Source: Clostridia bacterium (GTDB taxonomy: Bacteria > Bacillota > Clostridia > TANB77 > CAG-508). From it: DNA of 64,000 bases. The stretch covers positions 2,198 through 66,197 of the forward strand of contig JAZNWN010000014.1 in assembly GCA_045593405.1 (NCBI GenBank), read 5' to 3'. Below the pieces are notes generated by a model. That model had not been told where the DNA came from, ran no database searches, and saw nothing but the letters and a program-made list of their open reading frames with translations. Positions 33,505 through 43,976 of this stretch are shown here, in pieces. Numbering within the stretch: position 1 is the stretch's first letter; each line of letters begins with the position of its first letter. Both the position numbers and the translations under genes were made by a program.

Positions 33505-34350
33505 ATGGAAACAAAAAATAATAATATTAATTTTTTTAAAAAAATATATTTTTCAATATGTAAAACAAAAAAATATGGAGAATTATCAAAAATAAAATTC
33601 AGAAAATGTGCATATTATGTAATGGATTTAATGCTAATATGTTCTATTATATATTCTAGTATTATTACTTTTCAAATAAGTAAAAATGCAAATGGATTGC
33701 AAGAATATTTAGAACAAAATTTTCCAGAACTTGTTTACGAAGAGGGAACTCTTATAAGTGAAAAACAAGAAAGAATCATATTAAATCACGAATTAGTAAA
33801 AGCAAATTTTGGAGGACAAATCGTAATAGACACAGACTCAGAATATGAAGAATTAATAAATGAATATAGTAATACAGGAGAAGCATCAATATTATTAACA
33901 GCCAATAAATATGTAACAATAAATTCACAAGGAGCTATTGCTGAGTATGATTATAATGAAATTATAAGTGAAGATACAGAAGGAGAACAAACTACTATTG
34001 GAAAAGAATATTTTATAAATATATTTAGTAATATTTCATATTCATATTATTTCTTTTTATATTTATTAGGAGCTTGTATAGGAATGGCTATAATAGTATT
34101 TGCATATAATTTATTTATATCTGGAATTGGATTTATTATTTGCAAAATAAAAAAATTAAAAGTAAAATTTTCTGAAATCTATAAAATGGGACTTTATGCA
34201 CATACATTATCTATATTAGTATATTTTATAATGAATTTTGTTCCAACAAATGTTGCACAATATATGCAAGTAATAGTATTATCTGCTCCGATTGCATATT
34301 TATCATATGCAATTTATATAAACAAATGGAAAATGCCAGAAAGCAAATAA
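33505..34350 (+). CDS. Membrane protein (DUF1189-like topology)
   Basis: One N-terminal and three C-terminal TM helices. Confidence 0.6.
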   Translation: METKNNNINFFKKIYFSICKTKKYGELSKIKFRKCAYYVMDLMLICSIIYSSIITFQISKNANGLQEYLEQNFPELVYEEGTLISEKQERIILNHELVKANFGGQIVIDTDSEYEELINEYSNTGEASILLTANKYVTINSQGAIAEYDYNEIISEDTEGEQTTIGKEYFINIFSNISYSYYFFLYLLGACIGMAIIVFAYNLFISGIGFIICKIKKLKVKFSEIYKMGLYAHTLSILVYFIMNFVPTNVAQYMQVIVLSAPIAYLSYAIYINKWKMPESK

Positions 34351-34518
34351 TATAAGAAAACACATCTTGCAATTTATGTAAATTTATATTATAATATTTC
34401 AACATAGGTAAAAACCTATATAATTCCTTTTTTCACTAACTAGTGAAGGAGATAATTTCCTTACTTTTTAGTTTTATCTATAATAAATTTTTAACAGCAA
34501 TAAAAGGAGGAAAAATTT

Positions 34519-34806
34519 ATGGAATATCTTCCAGAGATAGTCTTATTAGGTAGTATCATTGTAAACATTATATCTATTTTAGTATTTTGTTTATTAGATA
34601 CTAGTACATTAAATAAAACAGCGAAAAAAAATATGATTGCAGGTACTATCCTGTTGTCAATTATTTTTGTTCTTGATTTAATATGTACAGTATACTTTAT
34701 AATTAATGGAACAGCAGAAAATGCATTGGTTTTTTTACTGTTTTTTCCGTTAATAGGTATTTTCTTGTATGAAAGTATAAAAGAAATTATAATGACTTCA
34801 AGATAA
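34519..34806 (+). CDS. Small orphan 3-TM protein
   Basis: AAGGAGG RBS, own promoter near 34367 and terminator near 34817-34845. Confidence 0.65.
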   Translation: MEYLPEIVLLGSIIVNIISILVFCLLDTSTLNKTAKKNMIAGTILLSIIFVLDLICTVYFIINGTAENALVFLLFFPLIGIFLYESIKEIIMTSR

Positions 34807-34915
34807 ACCATAATATAAAAGGACCTTGAAACACAAGGTCCTTTTAGTATGAGATTTTTTATTGTAAAACAATAAACAGTATGATAAAATACGAAGTGAA
34901 AAAAGGAGAAAAATT

Positions 34916-35398
34916 ATGCTAAATATAAATATAATATGTACAGGAAAAATAAAAGAAAACTATTTAAGAGATGCAATTACAGAATATTCGAAAAGATTAT
35001 CTAAGTATTGTAACTTAAATATTATAGAGTTGCCAGATGAAAAATTACCCAATAATTTAAATGAAACATTAGAGGAAGGTATTAAACAAAAAGAATGTAA
35101 AAATGCCATAGCGCATTTGAAAAAAGATTCATATATAATTTGTTTAGATTTAAAAGGAAGACAATTATCATCAGAGGAATTTTCTAAAAAAATAGAAGAT
35201 ATATCTTTAAACTTAAATAGCTCAATTACATTTATAATAGGTGGAACATTAGGATTAACTAAAGAAATATTAAATATTTCAAATGAAAGTATATGTTTTT
35301 CAAAAATGACATTTCCACACCAATTAATAAGAGTGTTTTTATTAGAGCAAATATTCAGAGCATTTAAAATATCAAAAGGAGAGACTTACCATAGGTAA
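34916..35398 (+). CDS. rlmH: 23S rRNA pseudouridine1915 N3-methyltransferase
   Basis: GKIKE, EYSKRL, FIIGG, MTFPHQLIRVFLLEQIFRA, YHR. Confidence 0.96.
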   Translation: MLNINIICTGKIKENYLRDAITEYSKRLSKYCNLNIIELPDEKLPNNLNETLEEGIKQKECKNAIAHLKKDSYIICLDLKGRQLSSEEFSKKIEDISLNLNSSITFIIGGTLGLTKEILNISNESICFSKMTFPHQLIRVFLLEQIFRAFKISKGETYHR

Positions 35399-35450
35399 TA
35401 TGTAGGTGTCGCACTCCTAGGTGACCCGAATGAAAAAGGAGATGAATTAC

Positions 35451-35612
35451 ATGTATGGAAAAATAAAAGAAAGCAGATTATTAAATATTGAAGTTTATGA
35501 AGGAGAAAATTTATTATATAAAGGAAAAGTGGAAGATGCACCAGAAAAAATAAAAGAAAAAAATTATTTATCTGTAGAAATAAAAGATGGATGGGTAATT
35601 TATAAAATATAA
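35451..35612 (+). CDS. Small hypothetical protein
   Basis: AAGGAG RBS; 53 aa. Confidence 0.55.
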   Translation: MYGKIKESRLLNIEVYEGENLLYKGKVEDAPEKIKEKNYLSVEIKDGWVIYKI

Positions 35613-35693
35613 TACAATTTGCAAAAATTATGTAAATGTGGTAAAATATAACTATTCTTCGTTAAGAAGGAAAAAATAAAAGGAGAAGTGTAA

Positions 35694-35906
35694 ATGAAAC
35701 CTTGTGACATCGAGTTTTATGAAGAACTCATCGAAAGAAGACAGAAAGTAAGGATACACTTAAAAGGAGGCAAGGAAAATCCTGAAGGAGTTGTCCTGAA
35801 AGAAAGTGAACGGGTAATTATCATGCAGGTAACTGATGAACTGGACCAAGTAACAAAAAAAAGGTTGATTTACAAAGCAGCCATTTCCATGGTGGAAGAA
35901 TTGTAA
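35694..35906 (+). CDS. Divergent Hfq/Sm-like protein
   Basis: KVRIHLKGG...EGVV resembles Sm1 and LIYKAAISMV resembles Hfq Sm2 (YKHAIST). Confidence 0.6.
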   Translation: MKPCDIEFYEELIERRQKVRIHLKGGKENPEGVVLKESERVIIMQVTDELDQVTKKRLIYKAAISMVEEL

Positions 35907-36048
35907 AAATCTCCTACCGCCCCAGATTTCTGGGGCGGTTTTTGTATATTTAAAAATATTTTTATTTTATAGACCAAGAGGTTAAAGGTTGTTTTTTTAA
36001 CTAATGTGTGATAAAATGCTAATGTCAAAACAAATGAGGTGAAAGAAA

Positions 36049-36954
36049 GTGGGATTTTTTGATAAATTAAAAAGTGGTTTAGGAAAGACTAGAGATAATT
36101 TTAATGAAAAAATAAACAATGTATTTAGTAGTTTTAGAAAAGTAGATGAAGAACTGTTAGAAGAATTAGAAGAAATTTTAATCATGTCAGATATTGGTGT
36201 TGATACATCAGTTGAAATAATTTCAAAATTAAGAGAAAGAATTAAAAAAGAAAAAATTGAAGACGAAGAAGACGTTAAAAATGCATTAAAACAAGAAATG
36301 CAAAAAGTTTTAGATGAAGTAGATAATTCTTTAAAACTAAACACTACACCGTCAATTATATTAGTTGTTGGAGTAAATGGAGTTGGAAAAACTACTACAA
36401 TTGGAAAAATTGCAAATAAATTAAGATTAGAAGGAAAAAAAGTTGTAGTTGCAGCAGCAGATACATTTAGAGCAGCAGCAGTTGAACAACTAGAAATATG
36501 GGCAAGAAGAGCAGAGGTAGATATTATAAAAAAAGAAGAAGGAGCAGACCCAGCGTCTGTAGTATATGATGCAATTAGAAAAGCAAAAGAGACAAAGGCA
36601 GATGTTTTAATTTGTGATACTGCAGGAAGACTTCATAATAAAAAATATTTAATGGATGAACTTTTAAAAATAAATAAGGTGATTTTAAAAGAATTGCCAG
36701 AAGCATCAAACGAAACATTAATGGTTATAGATGCAACAACAGGACAAAATGCAATAGAACAAGTAAAAGCATTTAAACAAACAGTAGATTTAACAGGATT
36801 AGTACTTACAAAACTTGATGGAACAGCAAAAGGTGGAGTAGTAATAGGAATAGTAAATGAAAATAAAATACCGGTTAAATTTATTGGAGTTGGAGAAAAA
36901 ATTGATGACATGGAGATTTTTAACTCACAAGATTTCGTAAATGCAATTATATAA
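36049..36954 (+). CDS. ftsY: SRP receptor FtsY
   Basis: GVNGVGKTT, DTFRAAA, DTAGR, TKLDGTAKGG. Confidence 0.97.
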   Translation: MGFFDKLKSGLGKTRDNFNEKINNVFSSFRKVDEELLEELEEILIMSDIGVDTSVEIISKLRERIKKEKIEDEEDVKNALKQEMQKVLDEVDNSLKLNTTPSIILVVGVNGVGKTTTIGKIANKLRLEGKKVVVAAADTFRAAAVEQLEIWARRAEVDIIKKEEGADPASVVYDAIRKAKETKADVLICDTAGRLHNKKYLMDELLKINKVILKELPEASNETLMVIDATTGQNAIEQVKAFKQTVDLTGLVLTKLDGTAKGGVVIGIVNENKIPVKFIGVGEKIDDMEIFNSQDFVNAII

Positions 36955-36956
36955 TA

Positions 36957-36985
36957 TGTAGGGGCAGGGTTCCATCCCTGCCCGC
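36957..36985. repeat. GTAG REP
   Basis: TGTAGGGGCAGGGTTCCATCCCTGCCCG. Confidence 0.85.
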
Positions 36986-37033
36986 AAAATAATAAATTTT
37001 TACTTGGTAAATATAATAAAAATGGAGGTTAAA

Positions 37034-39805
37034 ATGAAGAATAAAAAGAGAAAAATATTTGTTGTACTATTGTTAATAATATTTTCCTTGATTATGTATG
37101 TTTTACTAAGAGGTGAATACTTACATATATTAGGAATAGGACAAGAATATGTAGAAATATTTAAAGAAAACTTAAGACAAAAGGTATTGGTTTTTGTATG
37201 TGGTTTTGTTATTGCATATATTGCTACATATATCACAACAATATTTATAAAGAAAGGACTTAAAAGATTCTTCGAAGAAGATAAAAAAGCAATGCCAAAA
37301 CTACTTAATAAGTCTATTTCATTATTATTTGGTATAGTTGGAGGATTGTTTTTAACAAACACAATAACACAAAAAGCAATTTTAGCATTCAACAATACTT
37401 GGTTTGCTAAAACTGATCCGGTTTTTGGATTAGATATTGGTTATTTTGTATTTCAGAAACCATTTATTGAAACTGTAGTTTTATATTCAATTGGATTAGT
37501 AGCTATTTTAACATTATATATAGCTGCATATTATATTTTTGTTTTCAATAGATTTTTTGATGAAGGAATAAATATGGAAACATTAAAAAAGAACACTTTC
37601 ATAAAACAATTAATAGTAAATATAGTGATTGTAGTTGTGTTGTTTTCAATGTTTACATTAATAAAAATACAAGATACAGTTTTTGACAAATTCATGACGG
37701 TAGGAAAAACCGTAGAAATAACAGGAGCAGGACTAGTAGATGTTACAGTTGAAGTTTGGGGTTATAGAATATTTGCAGTATTAATTTTGGTTTGTTTAGT
37801 ATTTGCATTAGTATTTTTTAAACAACGTAAATATAAAAAAATGAATATTACAATAGCAATCATTCCAACATATTTAGTGTTATTATTTTTATTAATGGTT
37901 GGAGTGGATTTAATATATGTAAATTCTGATGAGCTAGACAAGGAAAAAGATTATATAGGTTACAGTATAGAATACACAAAAAATGCTTATAACATAAATA
38001 CAGAAGAAATAGAGATTGAAAACAGTGGAACAATAACAGCAGAAGACATAGAACAAAATAAAAATGTAATTAATAATGTAAACATATTAAATGAGACTAC
38101 TGTTTTAACACATTTAGAAGAATATCAAACAAGTTTAGGTTATTATACATTTAAAAACACAAAAATAGGACTATATGATATAAAAGGTGAAAAAACTCTA
38201 GTGTATATTAGTCCAAGAGAAATATTAAGTAATGAAACAAGAACATATAATTCAAAAACATATGAATATACTCATGGATATGGTGCAATTATTACTTCTG
38301 CTTCAAATACTGAGGGAGCAGGTCATTTAAATTATATAAAAAGTGGATTTGTTGAAACTGATGAAGGAATAATTATAACACAGCCAAGAATTTATTTTGG
38401 AATGCAAACTAATACAAGTATTGTAATAAATAAAGACAAAACAGTAGAATATGATTATCCATTAACAAGTACAACAAATAGTTACAATACTTATGATGGT
38501 AATGCTGGATTAAATTTGAATTTCTTAGATAGATTAATATTAGGGATAAGAGAAGGAAACTTAAAATTAGCTTTTTCTAAAGATACAACAAAGGAAAGTT
38601 CAATAATTACAAGTAGAAATATAATAGAAAGAGCAAAAGTAGTTATGCCATATCTAATATATGATGACAATCCATATATGGTTGTAACAGATGAAGGTGA
38701 ACTAGTTTGGATATTAGATGCATATACAGTATCAGAGCAATATCCATATTCACAAAAAACAAACATAGAATTTTTAGATGGTACAAATCAAGAAATTAAC
38801 TATATAAGAAATTCTGTAAAAGTATTAATAAATGCTTATGATGGAACAATGAGTTTCTATATAACAGATAGAACAGACCCAATAGTAATGGCTTACAGGA
38901 ATATGTATTCTGATTTATTTGAACCATTAGACGAAAAAATACCAGAAGATATAGCAAAACACATTGTATATCCAAAATTCCTTTATGATGTACAATCAGA
39001 AATATTAAAAGTATACCATGATGTACAAGCAGAGGTTTTATATAGAGCAGATGACATCTGGGAAGTTGCAACAGAGAATACAAGCAAACTTACAAGTTTA
39101 AATGGAACACCACTAGATAGCTATTATACAATGGTAAAAACAGTTGATAGAGAAGAAGCAGAAGTGGGATTAGTAGTGCCATATACTATCAAAGGGAAAC
39201 AAAATATAAATTCATATTTAGTAGGGACTTATAATGCTAATTCTCAAGAAGCAAAACTAACAGTTTATAAATTTGAGTCAGATACAGCAATACTTGGAAC
39301 TATACAATTAGATGCATTAATAGAACAAGATGAAACAATATCAAATGAAATACAGTCTTTAAATGTTACAGGAGCTAAGATAACTAAGAACATAATAGTT
39401 GTACCAATTAATAATACATTGTTATATGTAGAGCCTATTTATCAAATAATGTTAAATGAAACAAACGAAACCCCAGTTCCAGTGCTAAAAAAAGTTGTAG
39501 TAGCATCTGGAGATAAGGTGGCAATTGGAGATAATTCACAAGAAGCGTTAAATAATTTATTATCACAAGAAGCGGTAAGTATAACAGTAGAAACAAGTGA
39601 CTTAGATGCTTTAGTTGCAGAAATAATAAAAGCAAATAATAACTTAGAAGAATCAAACCAAAGTAATAACTGGGAAATGATAGGAAGAGATATGGCAAAA
39701 CTACAATCACTAATAAAACAACTAGAAGAAACATATGAACCAGTAGAAGATGAAGAAAAAATAAGTATAATAAAGGACATAGTTAATAATATAGAAAATA
39801 ATTAA
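37034..39805 (+). CDS. UPF0182 family membrane protein
   Basis: DPVFGLDIGYFVF, YTHGYG, PRIYFG, WILDAYT, NYIRNSVKV, LLYVEPIY. Confidence 0.9.
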   Translation: MKNKKRKIFVVLLLIIFSLIMYVLLRGEYLHILGIGQEYVEIFKENLRQKVLVFVCGFVIAYIATYITTIFIKKGLKRFFEEDKKAMPKLLNKSISLLFGIVGGLFLTNTITQKAILAFNNTWFAKTDPVFGLDIGYFVFQKPFIETVVLYSIGLVAILTLYIAAYYIFVFNRFFDEGINMETLKKNTFIKQLIVNIVIVVVLFSMFTLIKIQDTVFDKFMTVGKTVEITGAGLVDVTVEVWGYRIFAVLILVCLVFALVFFKQRKYKKMNITIAIIPTYLVLLFLLMVGVDLIYVNSDELDKEKDYIGYSIEYTKNAYNINTEEIEIENSGTITAEDIEQNKNVINNVNILNETTVLTHLEEYQTSLGYYTFKNTKIGLYDIKGEKTLVYISPREILSNETRTYNSKTYEYTHGYGAIITSASNTEGAGHLNYIKSGFVETDEGIIITQPRIYFGMQTNTSIVINKDKTVEYDYPLTSTTNSYNTYDGNAGLNLNFLDRLILGIREGNLKLAFSKDTTKESSIITSRNIIERAKVVMPYLIYDDNPYMVVTDEGELVWILDAYTVSEQYPYSQKTNIEFLDGTNQEINYIRNSVKVLINAYDGTMSFYITDRTDPIVMAYRNMYSDLFEPLDEKIPEDIAKHIVYPKFLYDVQSEILKVYHDVQAEVLYRADDIWEVATENTSKLTSLNGTPLDSYYTMVKTVDREEAEVGLVVPYTIKGKQNINSYLVGTYNANSQEAKLTVYKFESDTAILGTIQLDALIEQDETISNEIQSLNVTGAKITKNIIVVPINNTLLYVEPIYQIMLNETNETPVPVLKKVVVASGDKVAIGDNSQEALNNLLSQEAVSITVETSDLDALVAEIIKANNNLEESNQSNNWEMIGRDMAKLQSLIKQLEETYEPVEDEEKISIIKDIVNNIENN

Positions 39806-39819
39806 TAATATTTGTATAT

Positions 39820-39848
39820 TGTAGGGGTCGCACTCCAGGGCGACCCGC
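39820..39848. repeat. GTAG REP upstream of the RAYT gene
   Basis: TGTAGGGGTCGCACTCCAGGGCGACCCG. Confidence 0.85.
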
Positions 39849-39965
39849 AAATATTTGTCGAATTTGGTCAATAAAATATTATTGAAATATTAATAAAAAC
39901 ATGTTTAAATAATCATGGGGCAGAAAAATCTGCCTCATTTTTATATTGGGGGAGAAAGGAATTAT

Positions 39966-40463
39966 ATGAAAGAAAATTTGCCCCAAAGAAAAGAAATTAG
40001 ATTAAAATATTATGATTATTCGTTAGAAGGATATTATTTTATAACGATATGTACAAAAAATAGAGAATGTAATTTGTCAAAAATAATTCCAGGTGTTTGT
40101 AGGGGCGGGGTTCCACCCCCGCCCGAAAATACAAAAATAGGAAATGAAATAATCAAATCATTTAATTTCATTATTAACAAATATAAATGCATAGAAATTA
40201 ATGATTACGTTATAATGCTCAATCATATTCATTTAATAATAGAAAAAACGGGCGGGGGTGGAACCCCGCCCCTACATAGAATAATACAAGAAATAAAATC
40301 ATTTACAACAAAAAGATATAATCAAATGAATAATGTACAAGGAATAAAATTATGGCAACGAAATTATTATGAACATGTAATTAGAAATGAAAAAGAATAT
40401 TTAATAATAAAATAATACATAATAAACAATCCATACAATTGGGAAAAAGATAAATATTATTAA
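39966..40463 (+). pseudogene. REP-associated tyrosine transposase (IS200/Y1 HUH family) with an internal TAA
   Basis: RLKYYDYS, YFITICT, NHIH (HUH), LWQRNYYEHVIRN, then TAA 40413-40415, then in-frame YIINNPYNW. Confidence 0.85.
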
Positions 40464-40619
40464 AAAAATACAAATTTGCATTAACATAAAAAATGTGTTA
40501 GAATACATTTTGAAAAATTTTATAAATATCCCTGAATTTACTAAGTTGGGGAGGAATTTATATTTTCACCCTTTTGGGTTTTACATATATTATCACACAT
40601 CAATAAAAGGAGGGAAAAT

Positions 40620-40916
40620 ATGGAACTGGCAAAATTGTTTGTTCAAATAATGATGATTGTCATTACGATTGCAGGAATTGGTGGCTATGCGGCTATGAAT
40701 ATTTTTTACTACCGTAAGAGTAAAAAGATGAGCCAAAAGCTAAAAAAAACAGTAATTATTGCAAAACTCTTTCTGGCAGCCGCTTTAGTCTGCTTAGCTT
40801 TTGTATTAATTGTTCATTTTAGTGCAGGAGCACAAATAGAGAACGTAATTATTGCTTTACTTGCTGGAATTTATTTAGTTGAACAAATGGATTTCTTACT
40901 GAAAGTAGATGATTAA
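40620..40916 (+). CDS. Small orphan 3-TM protein
   Basis: AAGGAGG RBS, own promoter near 40476, terminator AAAAACACCTTTT/AAAAGGTGTTTTT. Confidence 0.65.
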   Translation: MELAKLFVQIMMIVITIAGIGGYAAMNIFYYRKSKKMSQKLKKTVIIAKLFLAAALVCLAFVLIVHFSAGAQIENVIIALLAGIYLVEQMDFLLKVDD

Positions 40917-41039
40917 CCAGTTTACAAAAAACACCTTTTAATAAAAGGTGTTTTTGTTTTGCAGTAATAACTTGAGAGAAATTTTAAAAAACCCTTGCAT
41001 ATTTTTGGAAAATATAGTAAAATAGATACGTTCGAAAAG

Positions 41040-41105
41040 AGCAAACCTTTTACTTGACTTAAAGAATATCCGACTTTTCGTTCAGTTTAAGGCAATATTT
41101 AAAAT
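41040..41105 (+). promoter_or_regulatory. Probable S15 autoregulatory leader
   Basis: Structured 5' UTR (AACCTT...GACT...CCGAC...AGTTTAAGG) between the promoter and the rpsO RBS; inferred from position. Confidence 0.45.
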
Positions 41106-41119
41106 AGGAGGAATAAAAA

Positions 41120-41383
41120 ATGACAAAGGAAAGAAAACAAGAAGTTATTAACGCTTTCAAAAGAGAAGAAAACGATACTGGATCTTCAGAAGTTCAAATA
41201 GCTCTTTTAACAGAAAGAATTAATGAACTAACAGAACATTTAAAAGTTCACAAAAAAGATAATCACTCTAGAAGAGGATTATTACAAATGGTAGGTAAAA
41301 GAAGAAACTTACTAAACTACTTAGCTAAAAAAGACTTAGAAAAATATAGAGAAGTAGTAGAAAAATTAAATCTAAGAAAATAA
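41120..41383 (+). CDS. rpsO: 30S ribosomal protein S15
   Basis: [24 protein letters not shown]. Confidence 0.98.
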   Translation: MTKERKQEVINAFKREENDTGSSEVQIALLTERINELTEHLKVHKKDNHSRRGLLQMVGKRRNLLNYLAKKDLEKYREVVEKLNLRK

Positions 41384-41429
41384 AACATTAGGGGCGGATA
41401 GATATATTCCGCCTTTTTTGTAGGGGAAT

Positions 41430-41481
41430 TGTAGGGGCTAGTCTTGACTAGCCCGCCGGTCGGTCAAGACCGACCCCTACA
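41430..41481. repeat. Inverted GTAG REP doublet
   Basis: TGTAGGGGCTAGTCTTGACTAGCCCG followed by CCGGTCGGTCAAGACCGACCCCTACA. Confidence 0.85.
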
Positions 41482-41630
41482 GTATTAAAAAAACCGAATA
41501 AATATGTTAATTAAATACAATATTAGAAATATAGTAGCTTGTATAATATGTTTAAAAAATAAACATATTATAGAGGTTACTAATTCGAAGATTGTATTTG
41601 AATTATAAAAAATTTAAGGAGGAATTAATT

Positions 41631-43739
41631 ATGTTTAAATCTTATTCAATGGAATTAGCAGGAAGAACTTTAAGCATAGAAACAGGAAAATTAGCAGGAC
41701 TAGCTAATGGACACGTATTAGTAAGATACGGAGAAACAGTTGTAATGGTAAATGTTACAGCATCTAAAGAACCAAAAGAAGGAATAGACTTTTTCCCATT
41801 ATCAGTAGATTATGAAGAAAAAATGTATTCAGTAGGAAGAATACCAGGAGGATTTACAAGAAGAGAAGGTAAAGCAGCAGATAAAGCAATACTTGTATCA
41901 AGAGCAATAGATAGACCAATAAGACCATTATTTCCAAAAGACTTCAGAAATGATGTAGTAGTTGTTGCAACAGTATTATCTGTAGAACCAGATAATGAAC
42001 CAGATTTTTGTGCAATGATAGGAGCATCAGCAGCACTTTCAATATCTGATATACCATTTGGAGGACCAACAGCAGCAGTAAAAGTAGGATGTGTTGATGG
42101 AGAACTAGTTATTAACCCAACACTAGAACAAAGAGAAAAAAGCACATTAAGACTAACAGTTGCAGGAACGGTAGACAAAGTTGCAATGATAGAAGCTGGT
42201 GCAGATGAAATGCCAGATGAACAAATGTTGGATGCAATAAAATTTGGACATGAAGAAATCAAAAAAATATGTGAATTTATTGCAAAAATTAGAGATGAAA
42301 TTGGAAAACCAAAATTTGAATATAAATCATTTGAAGTTGACCATGATATTTATGAAGAAATTGAAAAAGAATTCTATGATAGAATGTATGTAGATGTACA
42401 AGCAGTTGACAAAGAAGTAAGAGACGCTAACATGGACAAAATTGCTGAAGATGTAAAAGCATATTTTGTAGAAAAATATGGAGAAGAAAAAGCAGAAGAT
42501 GAAAAACAAAATATAGCAGATTCTTTATATAAATTAGAAAAAAAATGCGTAAGAGCAATGATTTATAATGAACATAAAAGACCAGACGGAAGAGCAATAG
42601 ACGAAATAAGACCACTTTCATGTGAAGTTGGATTACTTCCAAGAGTACATGGTAGTGCAGTATTTACAAGAGGTCAAACTCAAGTAATGTCAATTGCAAC
42701 ACTAGGAATGACAAGTGAAGAACAAATACTAGATGGATTAGACGAAGAAAAAACAAAAAGATATTTACATCAATATAATTTCCCTGGATATAGTGTAGGA
42801 GAAGCTAAAACATCTCGTGGACCAGGAAGAAGAGAAGTGGGACATGGAGCATTAGCTGAAAAAGCATTAGTTCCAGTAATTCCATCAAAAGAAGAGTTCC
42901 CATATACAATAAGAGTTGTATCTGAAGTTGTAAGTTCAAATGGTTCAACATCACAAGCAAGTATATGTGGAAGTACTTTGGCATTAATGGATGCAGGTGT
43001 TCCAATTAAAAGACCAGTTGCAGGAATATCAACAGGACTTGTTACAAGCCCAGAAAATCCAGATGATTATGTAATGCTTACCGATATTCAAGGATTAGAA
43101 GATTTCTTTGGAGATATGGACTTTAAAGTAGCAGGAACAGAAAAAGGTATTACAGCAATACAAGTAGATATTAAAGTGGATGGATTAACATACAAAATTA
43201 TAGAAGAAGCATTTGCTAGAACTAAAAAAGCAAGACAATATATATTAGACGAAATAATGTTAAAACAAATTGCAGAGCCTAGAGCAGAAGTTTCAAAATA
43301 TGCACCAAAAATGTTAACAATGCAAATTAAACCAGAAAAAATAAAAGATGTAATTGGTTCTGGTGGAAAAGTAATAAACAAAATCATCGAAGAAACAGGA
43401 GTAAAAATAGACATAGATGAAGACGGAAGTGTGTTTATTGCTGGAATGGACAATGAAATGGCAAAAAAAGCATACTCTATTATTGAAAAAATTGTAAGAG
43501 ATATAGAGGTGGGAGAATTCTACGAAGGAACTGTAACAAAAATAATGCCATTTGGAGCATTTGTTGATTTAGGTGGAGGAAAAGAAGGATTACTTCATAT
43601 ATCAAAAATATCTAAAGAAAGAATTGAAAAAGTAGAAGATGTTCTTTCAGAGGGAGATACAATTATAGTTAAAGTATTAGACATAGACAATCAAGGAAAG
43701 ATTAGCTTAAAGAAAGTGGGAGAACAAACAGAAGAATAG
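41631..43739 (+). CDS. pnp: Polynucleotide phosphorylase
   Basis: FFPLSVDY, FTRGQTQ, RREVGHGALA, SNGSTSQAS, GDMDFKVAG, KH and S1 domains. Confidence 0.98.
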   Translation: MFKSYSMELAGRTLSIETGKLAGLANGHVLVRYGETVVMVNVTASKEPKEGIDFFPLSVDYEEKMYSVGRIPGGFTRREGKAADKAILVSRAIDRPIRPLFPKDFRNDVVVVATVLSVEPDNEPDFCAMIGASAALSISDIPFGGPTAAVKVGCVDGELVINPTLEQREKSTLRLTVAGTVDKVAMIEAGADEMPDEQMLDAIKFGHEEIKKICEFIAKIRDEIGKPKFEYKSFEVDHDIYEEIEKEFYDRMYVDVQAVDKEVRDANMDKIAEDVKAYFVEKYGEEKAEDEKQNIADSLYKLEKKCVRAMIYNEHKRPDGRAIDEIRPLSCEVGLLPRVHGSAVFTRGQTQVMSIATLGMTSEEQILDGLDEEKTKRYLHQYNFPGYSVGEAKTSRGPGRREVGHGALAEKALVPVIPSKEEFPYTIRVVSEVVSSNGSTSQASICGSTLALMDAGVPIKRPVAGISTGLVTSPENPDDYVMLTDIQGLEDFFGDMDFKVAGTEKGITAIQVDIKVDGLTYKIIEEAFARTKKARQYILDEIMLKQIAEPRAEVSKYAPKMLTMQIKPEKIKDVIGSGGKVINKIIEETGVKIDIDEDGSVFIAGMDNEMAKKAYSIIEKIVRDIEVGEFYEGTVTKIMPFGAFVDLGGGKEGLLHISKISKERIEKVEDVLSEGDTIIVKVLDIDNQGKISLKKVGEQTEE

Positions 43740-43756
43740 TTTATTATTGTAAAATA

Positions 43757-43837
43757 TGTAGGGGCTAGGCATTCTCAGTAACCCGTAAAATAATGTTTTA
43801 TTTGTTTTCGGATTATCTTAGGGATGCCAGCCCCTAT
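43757..43837. repeat. Degenerate inverted GTAG REP doublet
   Basis: TGTAGGGGCTAGGCATTCTC...GGGATGCCAGCCCCTA. Confidence 0.7.
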
Positions 43838-43976
43838 GTTATTTCATAAAAATAATTTTTGATTTATTTAAACAAAAAATCTTCCAAATCTTGCATAATT
43901 TGTAAAAATATAGTATAATACAAAATGGACATTAAACGGGAATAAAATACATATAATAAATTAAAGGAGTAAAAAA

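Noticed and set aside
40413-40415. Stop-codon reassignment suggested by the TAA inside the RAYT gene
   Set aside because: TAA terminates most genes in the window; this is a single nonsense change
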